Shown here piece after piece: positions 1 to 13,400 of a stretch of DNA of 64,000 nucleotides (position 1 is its first letter; every line of letters begins with the position of its first letter). The stretch covers positions 7,688,001 to 7,752,000 of the forward strand of contig JBHGNT010000003.1 in NCBI GenBank assembly GCA_043228905.1. The letters run 5' to 3'. The position numbers and the translations under genes are program-made. The notes beneath the pieces are model-generated. The model saw only the letters and a program-made list of their open reading frames with translations. It was not told where the DNA came from and searched no databases. Source of the stretch: Azolla caroliniana. Taxonomy: Eukaryota > Plantae > Polypodiophyta.

Positions 1-199
1 ACCACAATGTTTTATTTCAATTTGGAGTTATAATGAGATATAATTCCTTCTTTGCTAAAAACGATTGTGAATATGGGGGGAGGATCACGCTTCTTTCATA
101 TTGGTTGGTTCTTATACGACAAAATTGAGGTGGCAATGACAAAAAAGTCACTCTTTCTTCTTGGAGAGTCATGACTCACTTCTTCCACAAGACCATGGG

Positions 200-1130
200 T
201 ACTATAAATGGAATCATCTCCATAACAAAGAAAATAACTTAATTAAGGCCATCATGTAATAAGTTAATGCCCGTCTCCAATAATGAGAAAATAGATGGAC
301 GTTGAAAAATAGATATTGTTCTAAAGGTGTCCTTTTTAAAAAAATTGATAAGGATCCCAAGACCATCATTGTTTGCCAACTCTTACCCATTTTGCATTAT
401 TTGTATAGCCTTGCTACATCATGAGCATGAATGGCATTTGCACGAGTAGAAGTTTACAATAAAGCTCCATAATAGATATTGATATAATCATGGAGGTTAG
501 TACAAGTTGGTACGAGTTTTTGGTTTCATTAGCATACAAAATGTAGCACGCATTGGGGATTGAGTGCCACTTAGTCACTCTTGTCTTCATCCATCCCTCC
601 ATAGAGTAGGACATCCTTGAGATATGTGTTTCGTGACACAAGAAAGGATCATAAAAATTATCTGTTGATAGGAGGCCTCTTGCTTCTTGTATTATTGATG
701 CTTTTTACATCAGGAGACATGTAAAGCTCAAAAATGCTTCTTAAGAAAGATCATACCTTGTGTACTTTTGGATCAAAGGTGGAAAGTGATTTTGTAGCTT
801 TCTTTGTACTCATCTAGAATCAAAGCGCTTGATGAGCTGATATTAAAAGTTTTAAAACTTTACTTAATTTTGGAGTCACATGGAAACTTTTATTTCTCTT
901 TCTTGTGCTCAGTCTTGTTACATTGGTCCATCAATAATCATTCGAGGATCACAAACATTGATTAGCCTTTGGAGAGATAAATAGGGTTGATTGAGATTCA
1001 TCTATTACCACTATTTTTGCATTCAATTTGTGACATGGATTTACTTCTCATGTTGACTATCATGGATAGGAGACAAATTTAGGGAATCTTCTTATGATTT
1101 CATGCAATAACCCAAACAAGAACCTTATAT
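200..1130 (+). mobile_element. Possible ancient hAT transposase (DUF659-type) remnant
   Basis: About 290-350 gives DRWTLKNR and CSKGVLFKKID, reminiscent of DGWTDxKxR...CPKGTMFLKSVD. Very degraded. Confidence 0.3.
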
Positions 1131-4009
1131 ATATATATTGCTCGCCTTGTAACGTAGTTGTTGGATCAGATGGATCAATGTATTAGTGTCATGAAAATCT
1201 GCATTTGTGTGAAATATGAGTTGACCATCCAGGTCCTAAACTATGGAAGGCAATGTTGAAGATTATGTCTTTAGAGTTTGTTCCAATCATATGTTCAAGG
1301 TGGTATGCAAGGGTGCACCTAGTTTTTTGTCCTTTCATTAATGTGATCTAGGATCATGTTGTGCCAACTTGCCGATCCACAGTCTTTGGTTTAGCAACCA
1401 TTATTTTCGTGTCATGACTACCTTTCATCTTTTTTTCATAAATCATGCTCCTTATTGTGATACACACGGTTTTTTGCCTTGGATAAGATTGTAACACCCC
1501 ACGAGATCCTCATTTTCTTTTTATAGTATTGGCAACATGCTCTTCAAACTTCTTCCCAATCTTTAAATAGACAAGTGCACTCTCCGCCATCCTCTAGTAG
1601 AATGCCAAACTTCATCCTATCATCCTAATCAATTAAAGTCAATAAAATTGAACTTCATTAATCCAAAGCAATCTTTGGTCTTGAGAGTTGGGCAAACGAT
1701 GTGCATATTTTGCGAGCACCATAGTGAAGCTCTTCCTTCCTTTTCTTGATGCATCCCACTTGTTCCTTTGCTCTCTTAGATCCCAAAAATTTCTTGAGAT
1801 GTGGTCCCTTGTAATTGTCTGACAATCTTGGCTACTCTTTCTATGGCACCTCGTGTGGTCTCAATATTATCCTTATCTTGCATCATTTGATTCATCATCC
1901 TTGTTGTCATCATCACACAATCATCATTTTGCATTGTAGCCATTTCCCCCTACTACTCTTTCATGCCGAGTTGCTAATGACATTGTGAAAATATGTGCAT
2001 GTATGTGAAATGTGAGCAGGACCACACAGGTTCTAAACTAGAAAAAACGGGGTTGAAGATCATTTCTTTATAGTTTGTTGAAGTCATATTTTGAAGGTTG
2101 TTTCTCCTTCTAATGTGTAGATGGGTACATAGGTCTTAATTTTTCCTGCTCTAAGGTGTGTCTGTATGGTAGTCATGTTTGGGTGTTTATGTGTGAATAT
2201 GCTCTTGACATATTGATCCTGACTTCAGTGTCTACAAGAATCAAATATATATGCGGGAATTGGTACGTGTATGTAAAGAAGTGTGTAAATGTAACTTTGG
2301 GAATATCCTATTTATCGTAATGGTATAGGCATGTTTAGTTGCACCTTTCTTGCTAAATTTTTACATGCATATATGCAATAAGTATAGTGTAAGTGTATGT
2401 ATATTAGAGGGATGATGTGAGCATCAATGTTATGTGCATATTTGCATGTCTTGTTTTTTATATTTGGAGCAATAGAGTTTTGCAAAAGTGTGTGCATAGA
2501 CTAGAGGTAGTCTTGCAATAGGCTCAGACCTGATGATTATCTCATGGATTGTTAGAGATATCCTAGTTCCTCTAAATCACGATCATGCTTCTAGAAGTTC
2601 TAGTTTCCCTTACACCTTATCACACCCTCACCTAACTCGTCCTTCATCTTGAGCAAATAATTCACGCATTTCTACGAATCTTTTCATTCACCACATCCCT
2701 CTCCACTCCCTTCCCACATTGGTCCCACTTCATCTCATCTCTCTCCTTCAACCCCAAGCCTCCACATATGGAAGGAAGGGGAGAAGAAGGTAAAGTTACA
2801 TGAAGAGAAGATCCTTGATAAGTTGGATGATTGTTGAGGACGGAAATGTTGGACAAATGACCAAGGAAAACAAAGAATAAGTTGGAGGTATGTTATTATC
2901 AATCTTGGAGACTCAGACATAAATATGCTAAGATGATTTGGTCGATGGTATGAAGACGACCGCCCAAGTTTTAGGAGAAATGTATGAGACGTTCCTAGAT
3001 AAGGACGAAGATGATGTAAAGAGGAATGAAGATATCAAGGAATAAACCAAGGGAAGAACTAAAATGCGAGAGGAAGACCAATTATGTTGGGTAGTTTGAC
3101 GAACGTCCTTCTCAATATCATTATTACTTAAAGCCTAGAATAGGAAGTTTTATTCTTAAGAAGATGACAAGGAAGTTGATGGTATTATCAAAGGACAATG
3201 AAAGGATAAACGAAGGAGATGATCTTAGTGACAAATCAATTAGCACCTCAATGAATGGCACCAAAGCTTAATAAAGTGTTAAGTCTATAGTTCCAATTAC
3301 TTTGGATTTTATCAATATTGAATCAAGTTTTCCTTGGAAGGGTCACTACCAAGTCCCAAAAAGTCCCCTTTTTGCACAATGGGCTAACCGAGGGATTAGG
3401 GAAGTTACTTTCCAATCGCAAAAACCACGTCATACATCAACACATAAAAACACTTAGCTCTTCACTCTATGCAATCGTGGAAGCCTCGAGGCTTCTTAAG
3501 TTAACCTATAATAAACACATACCTAATCACTATATGAACCGAAAAACACGTTAGTCTTAATTAACCAGACAATTATCAAATAAGAAACATGCGCGGTGGA
3601 TGCAAAGGTGCATGTCGGTATGTATGATATGCATGCATGGTATGAATGTATGGATGCATGTATGTATATGGGCACCAAATTAAGCAGCCCCAAAGTTGGG
3701 TAGCGCCCAAGGACCTTCTTGTACCTAAGAGCTCTTGCCCTTTTATATACAAGTTAGAAACCCTAAAGTGAAAAGGATAACTCTTGTGCTTTTATAGACA
3801 AGTCAGAAAGTCGGAACTGTCCCTTTCACATGACAAGCCCATCTGCCATTAGCCATTGTTACCTAGAGTAATGGCCATACATGCTTTACTTGTTTTCTCA
3901 AATACATTTTGTGCTAGGACTTTGATAATCTAGATATTAGCTTAAGAACTAAAACAAATATGACATTATTTTCCTGCTTGACAACGTAACTTTGATTAGT
4001 TTAGAACAA

Positions 4010-4560
4010 AAAATGAACCAAACCATTTATATAAAACAAAAACCAAACCAAACCGTTTATGAACTTTCAACCCATTAAACCAAACCATTTAAGAAAAGGT
4101 AAACCAAACTATTTAAATCAAAACCGTTTAGGGAAAAGTTGAAACCAAACCGAGCCATTTAATAAAAAGTTAAAACCTAACCACATTTAAACCAATCTAA
4201 TTAAAAAATTAAATAAGTATTTATGTTTAATTAATTAAGTAAGTAAATAAGCATTAACTAAGCCATTAGATTAAATAAACATTTAAGTTAAGTGAATTAT
4301 ATCAATAAAAAACATTAATTAAACCATTGAATTACATAAACATTTAAGGGATAAAAAAAGTTAGCCCAAAAACTTATAAACCTTTAAACCAAACCACTTA
4401 ATCCTATAAACCGATAAACCCCAATTTCAGAACCAAACCGTTTACTAATAATTAAAACCAAAACCAAAACCAAACCATTTAATTATTTTGGAACTTATAA
4501 ACCTTTAAACCATGGCTTAATGGTCCCGTTCGGTTTGAGCCGAAACCGGGCGCATTGCTA
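4010..4560. mobile_element. Degenerate hAT-MITE-like remnant rich in AAACC/AACCG motifs
   Basis: Dense AAACCAAACCG-type motifs around an AT-rich core, ending ...CCGGGCGCATTGCTA. No matching left TIR or TSD seen. Confidence 0.45.
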
Positions 4561-4599
4561 AAATTTGTCATGATAAAAAAAACACGAATAAAAAGCATC

Positions 4600-4785
4600 T
4601 CATAATTGGCAAATAATGTGAGCCAAGTGGGCCAAAAGAAGAAGAAGAAGAAGAAGAAGTCCTCTGTTTTTGACTGAGTAAAAACAAGAGACATAATGGA
4701 CAAATAATTGGCAAAAGGAAAGAAGAAGAAAGAAGAAGAAGAAGAAGAAGTCCTCTGTTTTTGACTGAGTAAAAACAGAGTCATA
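4600..4785. repeat. Two-copy direct repeat with (GAA)n tract
   Basis: ATAATTGGCAAA...(AAG)n-TCCTCTGTTTTTGACTGAGTAAAAACA occurs twice. Confidence 0.85.
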
Positions 4786-4934
4786 TGTTTTTCCTGATAA
4801 AAAGAAAAACAGGGCTTCTCAGTTAGTACTCACCATATTTAGTTAGGGTTCCCCCCCCCCTCCCCCAATCCAACAAATCTACTCACATCTAAATTAGGGT
4901 TTTTCTCCATCGAACCTAGAACTCTCTACAGAAG

Positions 4935-5250
4935 GTTTCTTGTTTTGTTTTTTGGGCTGCTTCTTCATCCACTCAATACAAGTTAAATTAGGGTTTTTTT
5001 TTTGTTTTTGTTTTTGGGCTGCTTCTTCATCCACTCAATACAAAGTTAAATTAGGGTTTTTTTTTTGTTTTTGTTTTTGGGCTGCTTCTTCATCCACTCA
5101 ATACAAAGTTAAATTAGGGTTTTTTTTTTGTTTTTGTTTTTTGGGCTGCTTCTTCATCCACTCAATACAAGTTAAATTAGGGTTGTTTTTTTGTTTTTGT
5201 TTTTTGGGCTGCTTCTTCATCCACTCAATACAAGTTAAATTAGGGTTTTC
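4935..5250. repeat. Tandem repeat of about 60 bp, about 5 near-identical copies, each with a telo-box (TTAGGGTT)
   Basis: Unit approximately TTTTGTTTTTTGGGCTGCTTCTTCATCCACTCAATACAAGTTAAATTAGGGTTTTTTTTTG; copies differ almost only in homopolymer length. Confidence 0.95.
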
Positions 5251-6280
5251 TGTAAACTTCTAGAATCCTTCCTTTTTTCGGGATTCTGCTTGTTTTATGG
5301 ACCAGATCCAGACTGTTCTGGCGGAGTGGAAGACGCCATTGATCTTCCTCGCAGTCCAGACCCTTGTCTTCTTCATCTTCTTCTACTTCTCATCGCCCCT
5401 CTCCGCACACTCTGCTGATCCACAGCAAGAAGGCGAAGAAGATCAAGCCTATATCTTCAGTTCGGCATACCTGTTCCAATTGTCGCGATCTCGTTCCTTT
5501 TCTGTCTTGCAGTCTTTCTCGCCGGCTATGGTGGCTAGGCTGAGGAGATGGGCTCGCAAACAGACCTAAGACAGCAGAAGCGGTTCCAGTATCAGGGCCA
5601 TATCCTGATGATTTCAGAAACTATACTGTGCATCAGAATTTCACACACTTCTTTTCGAGCTTCCATGATTTCTCATTGCCTTCTTTTTCCCTGGAAGAGA
5701 CCATCGATTTGGTTTGTGGAGGCCCCATGTCGACCCAAAATCTCAGGAATCATTTGAGCAGTTAACAGAACAAATCTGTTTAATCTGTCGATTCTTTATT
5801 ATGATTGACGATTTCTTTATTACGATTGAGGCAAAGTTTTATCTCTGTACAAAAAAAAGTAACTCAGCGAAAAATCAAGCACTAATCAAATTCTAATTCG
5901 AGGAAGAATGTCAAGATACAATTGTTCATTAAAATCTGTCATTTCTTTCTACAGACGTTATTAAGCTTTCTCAATTTGTTTCAAGGGTTTTCTAAGCTTT
6001 TTCATTGATTTTTTAAGTACACAAGCAAACTGTTGGATACTACATGTTAAATGAATGCAATAACGCTCTTAATCATATATATCATTCAAATGAACGTAAT
6101 TTATCAAGAAAATGTATTGACACTCTTCATTTCTAGCAGAATGTTTCATGCTTAACTATATATCCCCATCAGATATTTGAACACAACATTAACTAGATAT
6201 ACCCCTAAATCATTCAAAAACAAGAATACAAAACCACAGCTGCTGATCCATGTGGAGCTTGACTTTTTCGAAAAGAGAGG

Positions 6281-6727
6281 TAACAATCGGCAATGGAACC
6301 GTGAAACTGCAGTTTAACGGTTTCAACGGTTCGGTTCGGTTTGAACAGTCAAAACCCACGATTTAAACGGTTTAACGGTATTTTTTTTTAATTTTAAAAT
6401 TCTAAAAAATTTCTAAAAAATTTAAAAAATTGTTTTTAAACTATCTTTTCATTTTTAGACCTTATTCTCACATTTTAGGAACATCTTTAAAATTTTAAAA
6501 TTTTAAAAAAGTGAAATATTATAAATTTTTAAAAATTAAAAATTTGACCTATGTTGAAAACCGAAACAGAACCACGAAATTACAGTTTTTACGGTTTAAT
6601 GATTTAACGGTTTGAAAAATGATTACCGGATCAGTTTAACGGTTTCATGGTTCGGTTAAGGTTTCAAAATTTTTAAACGGTTCGGTTTGGACCCTCTCAA
6701 ACTGATCCGAACCATTGCCGATTGTTA
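6281..6727. mobile_element. Non-autonomous hAT-type element (MITE)
   Basis: Perfect 16-bp TIRs TAACAATCGGCAATGG / CCATTGCCGATTGTTA, perfect 8-bp TSD AAGAGAGG (6273-6280 and 6728-6735), many subterminal AACCG/CGGTT motifs. Confidence 0.92.
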
Positions 6728-7426
6728 AAGAGAGGTTTAAATAGGTTACTTCTGTATATAATGTAGAACTCAGATGGCTTTGCAAGGATATGCATCTTTG
6801 TAATCTTTTCTTTCTTATTTAAGAATTTAAGAAACAGTGAATGCTTATGTTGATGACAGCCCTAAAATTTGGTATAGCAAAAGAGACATACACTACCCAT
6901 TAAGTAGAATCTCCTCTACAAACACTGGTACTTCCAAAACATACAGGATTTTCTGTCATGCAAACATATTCTTCATTCGAGCAGAAAGAGGTTGGGAATT
7001 CTCTAAAACTTCACCAAGACCTCTCCCAAGAGACTCCTCTCTTACACAAACCTTAAATATTATTAACTGTCATCCACATGGAACTATTGAAACCAGCATC
7101 AATGATGCATCAAGCTTTTGCATTGAATTGCTATTCTGTAGATTACAAAAGAGAATATAAATTTAATTCCTAAAAAATTCTGGTGATATGAACTTAACTT
7201 TGAGATCCATTGTCTCATTGTTGTCCCTTTTCACTTCATGCATTGTCCTTTTCATTTGACTGTCTATGTTTGTCATGCACTCCACCTCTTTCTGCTCGAA
7301 TGAATTTACTTTTAAGCATTCCTTGTCTTTGTCCACAAAATCCAAACAATAAACAAAACCAGATATGATTACAATAATCATGCATCCCCCTGCTGTGCAA
7401 ACACAATTATACCAACAGTTCCTGTT

Positions 7427-10400
7427 CTACTGTTCAGATATTATCTTCTCGCTAAATTCCCACAGGGTCTGTCCAAGCTTCAAGTCCTTGACATAACCAC
7501 TAGGATTTGATACACTGCAATTGGAAAAATACTTGCCACTAACTCCCTCCAACGCAGGATGAAGAGCCAATAAGCACTGTGTTGATGCACCCTAAATCAA
7601 TATAAACATATTTTGTTAGTAAGGAACTGCACATAAACAAGCAAACACATTAAATCAAGTTTATCCAAATACATTATTGCAACAAGAAATAATAACCCAA
7701 CATTCACTAATTGATTATGACATAGATGAAGACCAAACCTACCATCGATGACAGCCTCGACGACATTATTGTATTATATAATATATCATGGTTGTATCCT
7801 TGGTCGCACATGGTTCTTATGTGCATGTAGCTCTATAGTCTAGTGGTTAACCTTAGTAGTAGACTACCAGGTGTTGCGTGTGCTCTAGCCAGGTTGGATT
7901 TATTTTTATATCTATACAATCTCAATGACTCAACTTAGGCCCCAAGTAAATATTCATAGTTCTCTGTCGTCTCTTTAAAATTACAGAATCCGCACCATTA
8001 AATAATAATCAAGATCCATAAAAGATAACCAACCTGAGGAACTGTCTTCCAGATGAATTTTGCAAACAATTTGAAATTATCTGCACAAAATTTGAAAACA
8101 AAAATCTTCAATATAATGCACCAATCTCTGCCTCTTAGTCATAGATGCATACTCTCTATTAAGACATAGGAATGACCTTATGAAAATACACGAATTAGAT
8201 GTGGTTAAACCTTCTGCACCAGCAGAGAAGGCTCTTTTATTTCTCACCTTCCACAAACATTACAATATAACCATCTCTGTTCATAAAGATATTGTACAAT
8301 ATGATACTATGGAATTCAGATTCACTAGATTACACATTGCTTCCAAATATCACATGAGAGCAGATATGGCGTTGCACTAAATAGAGATCTCTGTTCTTGT
8401 TTTGGGTAAAAAACACAATCCTATTATTTATGAAAAGAAATTGAGTAAGGTCAAATGGGCCTTGCTTTCCACTCGGGAGCATATATGTATATTGCAGAAT
8501 CAAGCTAATATGGAGAGTTCCACCAGAGAACGGCAACAACATTGATTGTATCAGCCACCACTTACATCCACGGAAACAAGTATGAGCTTTCTCGCTACTG
8601 TACTATCATGACAGGCTTTACTCTCACAACATTGTGAGCTCTAATCCACATAGAACCCAAAAAGTGCCGGCAAGACAGGAAGCCCTGTGTAACTCCAATA
8701 GAGGAATGCCGAGCTTTGAAAGTCTATCTGACATCTGTATTCTGCCTGATAATTTCTGATAAAGTTCCATGATCCCTCATTAGAAATCTTGTATTCTAGC
8801 CATAGGGACTGCATCAAACAGTTGAGGAGATTCCCAAACGTGCAGTAAATCTGTTTGTTACGGGCTCTACCACCTTCAATGATAGTAAATGGTAAGCTTT
8901 GAGGCTCATAAGGTGAAGGTTGTAGGTTCTTAGGACAAATATATGATCCCGAATAGAGGATCTCCTTCTGCACAACACATGAGCTTGGCCAAGAGTGACA
9001 AATCATCAAAGCAGAGTCACGAAATTGAGTCTAGGCACATTTGTGGTGGTTCACCAAAGTCTCACGAAAAACGCATCTCTATTGAACATCAGACCAACAG
9101 CACTGCAATCATATCTTGAGCTAGTATAAAATCCTCTGTAACCATACCATCATGATCTTGCCCAATCTATCCATACACTCCATCATCCCTGCAGTGAAGA
9201 AATTAACAATGGCAGGACAGGGAACAAAGTTACAAATGGATCTGGAAGTCGTGGCTCCTCTGCTACATCATACAAAGTAGTTGCTAGTTTCATACTCCCC
9301 CATATATCTGGAGAGATTATAAGTGAATTGAGAGTGTTCCCTCATGAGTTACAAGGGTAAGTCCACTCTCCTGAGGAGTTTGTAGATGTCTTCCATACAA
9401 CCCTATCTGTTTACCTCTAGGAAGCATACCTCATTACAGTGGTTTGTATTCTGTGAGTTAAACAATTTACTGTTGCTAAAGTCCACTGTAAAGGACTTGA
9501 TCCACTGCTACACTAATGGGCTGGATGACACCAACAGCACATACATACAAGACACTGATGTGGGAGCTAGAATATAATCTACTGCGCTAGCGCCTGCATA
9601 TGGAGGGCAAGTAAACCACTACTTAGTGAATGTCTGTCTAGATCATCCAAAGTGGGTTGTCCATGTGTAGACCCCATCAAAAAAAATCCTCATACACGGT
9701 GACACTTTCAGCATTTGCTGATCTCTTACTCAAACCCAACTTTGCTGCATCAAGCTCTCACAACATCTCCTCTAAACTATCAAAGAAAGAGGACCAGTGG
9801 CCTCTTGCACTAACATTGATGTTTCCAAGCCTCATCACACAATGGGAATATACATTATACAAAGTATAAATGTGTGTTATATCATAAAATACATTCTCAA
9901 CAGAATTGGTCCTTCCACCATTTCTCTCTAAAACCCGAACATTTAGTCAAGCCCGAATACATTTACATTTCATACACATGTGCACACACATACAAAATAT
10001 ACAAGCGTGTATGAGATGGGAAAAAAAATCATCCTCATCAGAACTGGTCCTTGGCAAATTGTACAGATGCAAATGCAATCGCATGAGATGGAGAAGATGT
10101 ACCAAACCATTTCTGATGAGCACGATGTTTTACTTACGTAAATATTTGTGATGCCTCTGAAGGTTAGTCATAATGGAACCAGGATGAAGGGCATTGGCAG
10201 TTATATTCACGCCTTCCTCCTAAAATCAAACAGCATCAATGTCAGCGTTCAGATTCATATAGCCACATTCTCCAGATCCAGTTCACAATGCCTTAATCAA
10301 ATATCGAGTTACCATATGCTATTAAGATCGTTTGTGCATTGATAATATTTTCTATTGTGCAATACCTGAAGTCTCCGAGAAAGCTCCACTGCATGCAAAA

Positions 10401-13400
10401 TATTAGCCAGTTTTGATTGACCATAGGCTAACCAAGATATATACCTGAAAAGGGTTATGGATGATTTCTTAACAAGAAGCCATAAATTACTTGGCAAGGT
10501 TCAACAAATATTTTTCTACTACAAAGGAGAATAGTATATCAGACCCAGATTCTTCATTGAGGTTGTTAAACCGAATACCCCCACTGTATGAATATTTGTG
10601 TGCTAGAGATGATACATTCACAATTCTGCCCTGAATACCAGTTTCCTTGGCAGTTCTTTTCATGTCATCAAGAAGAAGCTTTGTGAGAAGGAAATGACCT
10701 GCAATGGCAAAGCCAAAGTTCAATTGGTTGGTTGGCTCAGTATGTCGGGAACCTTAATTTATTAATTTCACTAATTAATGACTGATCAATGTTGGATCTC
10801 TTGATTAGGAGATATATTTGTAGTAGATACATGGGAGAACTATAATACAAACCAATGTGATTGGTAGCGAATTGCAGCTCAATGCCATCGGATGATAATT
10901 GGTAAGGGCATGCCATAACAGCTGCATTGTTGCTACACATTAAAAGCACATAAAATTACTCCAATATCAAATCAAGCATGAGTAGGTCTGCTTATATTTG
11001 AAGTTGTAGAGAAGCTCACAAGACCTGCACTAAAATGTTCAGAGGATGACAAAATGAAAATATATGCATGACTTCATCATTAGCAAATATGTACTGACGC
11101 TGATTATATAAAGTTGTACAGAATCTCACGTGACCTACATTAATATGTTCATAGGATGGTGACATATTGAAAGTATATACATTTATATGTCCAATGTAAT
11201 TAAATGTGTATCAATGAATATGTGAAGTTGTAGGATGGAACATCACATGGCCCATGTTATATTGTTGAAAGGAAAAGTTTGAACATGAAAGTATATCCAA
11301 TTACACCAAATCAAACATATCTAAATATAATTATATATACCATTCAAATATTACATACATTGATATGTTGAGAGAGCTCCAATTACTCGAAAATCAAACT
11401 AAACCTTATCGCGATGATCATTCTAAAACCACTACAGAAAACTAGCTCACAAGTCAATGTATGTAAAAATGTGACATAACTATTTTATTTACATATATAC
11501 AAGGCAACATCATATGTAAAGTTCAATATGTACCCTACTGCATCCTAACAAAATGGTTTGAATAAGCTTGGAAAATATGCAAAGCTAGCCAAATCTTCAA
11601 ACAATTAAGCAAAAGAGAATATATTATATGATAGCTTAAGATAATTCTTGATACAGTCCAAATGTGTGATTTGCATGCATGTTTAGAGTCCGTCCAAACT
11701 TCAGTTGGATGCAACTTTGCATATATCTATATACACATGTATCTATGTATGTGCACATGCTCGTTGGTATTTTCCTGTGTGTGTTTGTGCAGGTCGCCCA
11801 GCATGTGCAGGTGTGCAGATGGGCATGTAGAATTGCATGAGCATGTGTCTAGAGAGCTAGAGAGAGAAGAGAAAAAAAGTTCTCACATGACCTACATTAA
11901 AATGTTGAGAGGAAGATTGAGAGATTTGAACTCGTAGGCAAAGTTTCGAACTGACGACATCGAGCTGAGGTCCACTTGAAGAACATGTAGGCGCGCATCT
12001 CCAATCTCCTTGAGGATCTCATCCTTAACCGCTTGCCCAGAGGAGATTGACCTTACAGCCATCACAACCTGAGCACCTTGCAAAGCTAGTACTCGTGCTG
12101 TTTCTGCTCCCAATCCACTACCCGCACCTTATATACAATGTAAATACTAACACAAATAAATAAGCAAAACAAATCTCTTTATGTCCCTATATATATCATT
12201 GTACTTTGATTATAACATAGTTACTTGGTGTTCTAGGTACAATTTAGTTTAGTTTTGTATTCTACCGGACATTTTTATAAGACTCGCATGGAAGTTATTA
12301 TTGTTCCTTTTCTTTGTCTAATGCACAAATGACCATATCTCTTTCCTTCTCGGCAACCATTGACCCAACCACCAAAAGACAACACCAAACATGTGATAAG
12401 ACTTGAGAAGATAGATGGACGTTTAATGAACCTTGAGAAAACACTTTGTAATTTGATGAATTCAAATGGAAATTGATGTAAACAAATCTGGATTGGCGGA
12501 GGTAGCTAAAAACTAGGTGCAAAAACAAGAATCAAACTTGTCCGGACTACAATTGAAAAAGAGTGGATGAGGCATGCAAGACGCCTCAATGAACGAGTCA
12601 GGGATATCCCCAAGTCACTAAATGCCACCTCAGCCAAGAAGGAAAGACAATTTGTACCAAGCTCGAGTGAGAAAAAGCATTGGATTCACCAAATCTTGGA
12701 GACTCAGAAACAACCCCACTAAAAAGTTTGAGCACTAATATCACAATTTCCAAAAGAAGTAGGAAGAATTGTCATCCTTAAAAAGAGAGTGATGTGTATG
12801 AGGCTTGGATGGTTCCCTTATCTTCCTTAAGGACAACCGAGCGGAGATTCAAATTGACCATAGAAAACAATATATGCCACAGATCATATAAGCATGCAAG
12901 GAATTCATTAAGGCTGTTTGTTGGGAATGTCTAGTCAGTATCATCAGCAAGGCCATCCAATAGGAATTCATGGCCTATGATACAACAGAATCTGAGCTAC
13001 ACATTGCAGTTTGGTACTTCAATGAAGGATTTTGGACAGACTTGGGAAGAATGGAAGAGGTCATGATGGGAAGAGACATGCTCCACATTGCAGAGACACA
13101 CCACAGCCTAGAGAAATATCTACCTCGAGCGGAGAACTTTCAAATGGTGCTCTGCATACAAGCAAACTACTAGACAAACTATATCACGCGCATCAGGCAG
13201 GATAGCACTTCTCTTCTGATGAACCTTGAATCCACACATACAGATAGTGAAATGGTATGCAAAGGCAAGATGCAAGTTGATCAATTTGTGTGCTACATTA
13301 CTTCTGCCCTCGGGGAACCACATGTCCCAAGGTAAAACAACAAAAATCAAGGAGTCAAGAAACTGAATGTCTCTCCCTTATCCTACCCAAGAGGGTTATG

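Noticed and set aside
1205-2100. Diverged direct repeats at about 1205-1300 and 2000-2100 as possible LTRs
   Set aside because: No TG..CA ends, PBS, PPT or TSD identifiable.
4940-5263. 107-aa Phe/Cys-rich ORF
   Set aside because: Translation of the 60-bp tandem repeat; the frame changes with homopolymer length.
7828-7900. tRNA-like start GCTCTATAGTCTAGTGGTTAA in SDR intron 7
   Set aside because: A-box-like only; no B-box or cloverleaf. At most a SINE relic.
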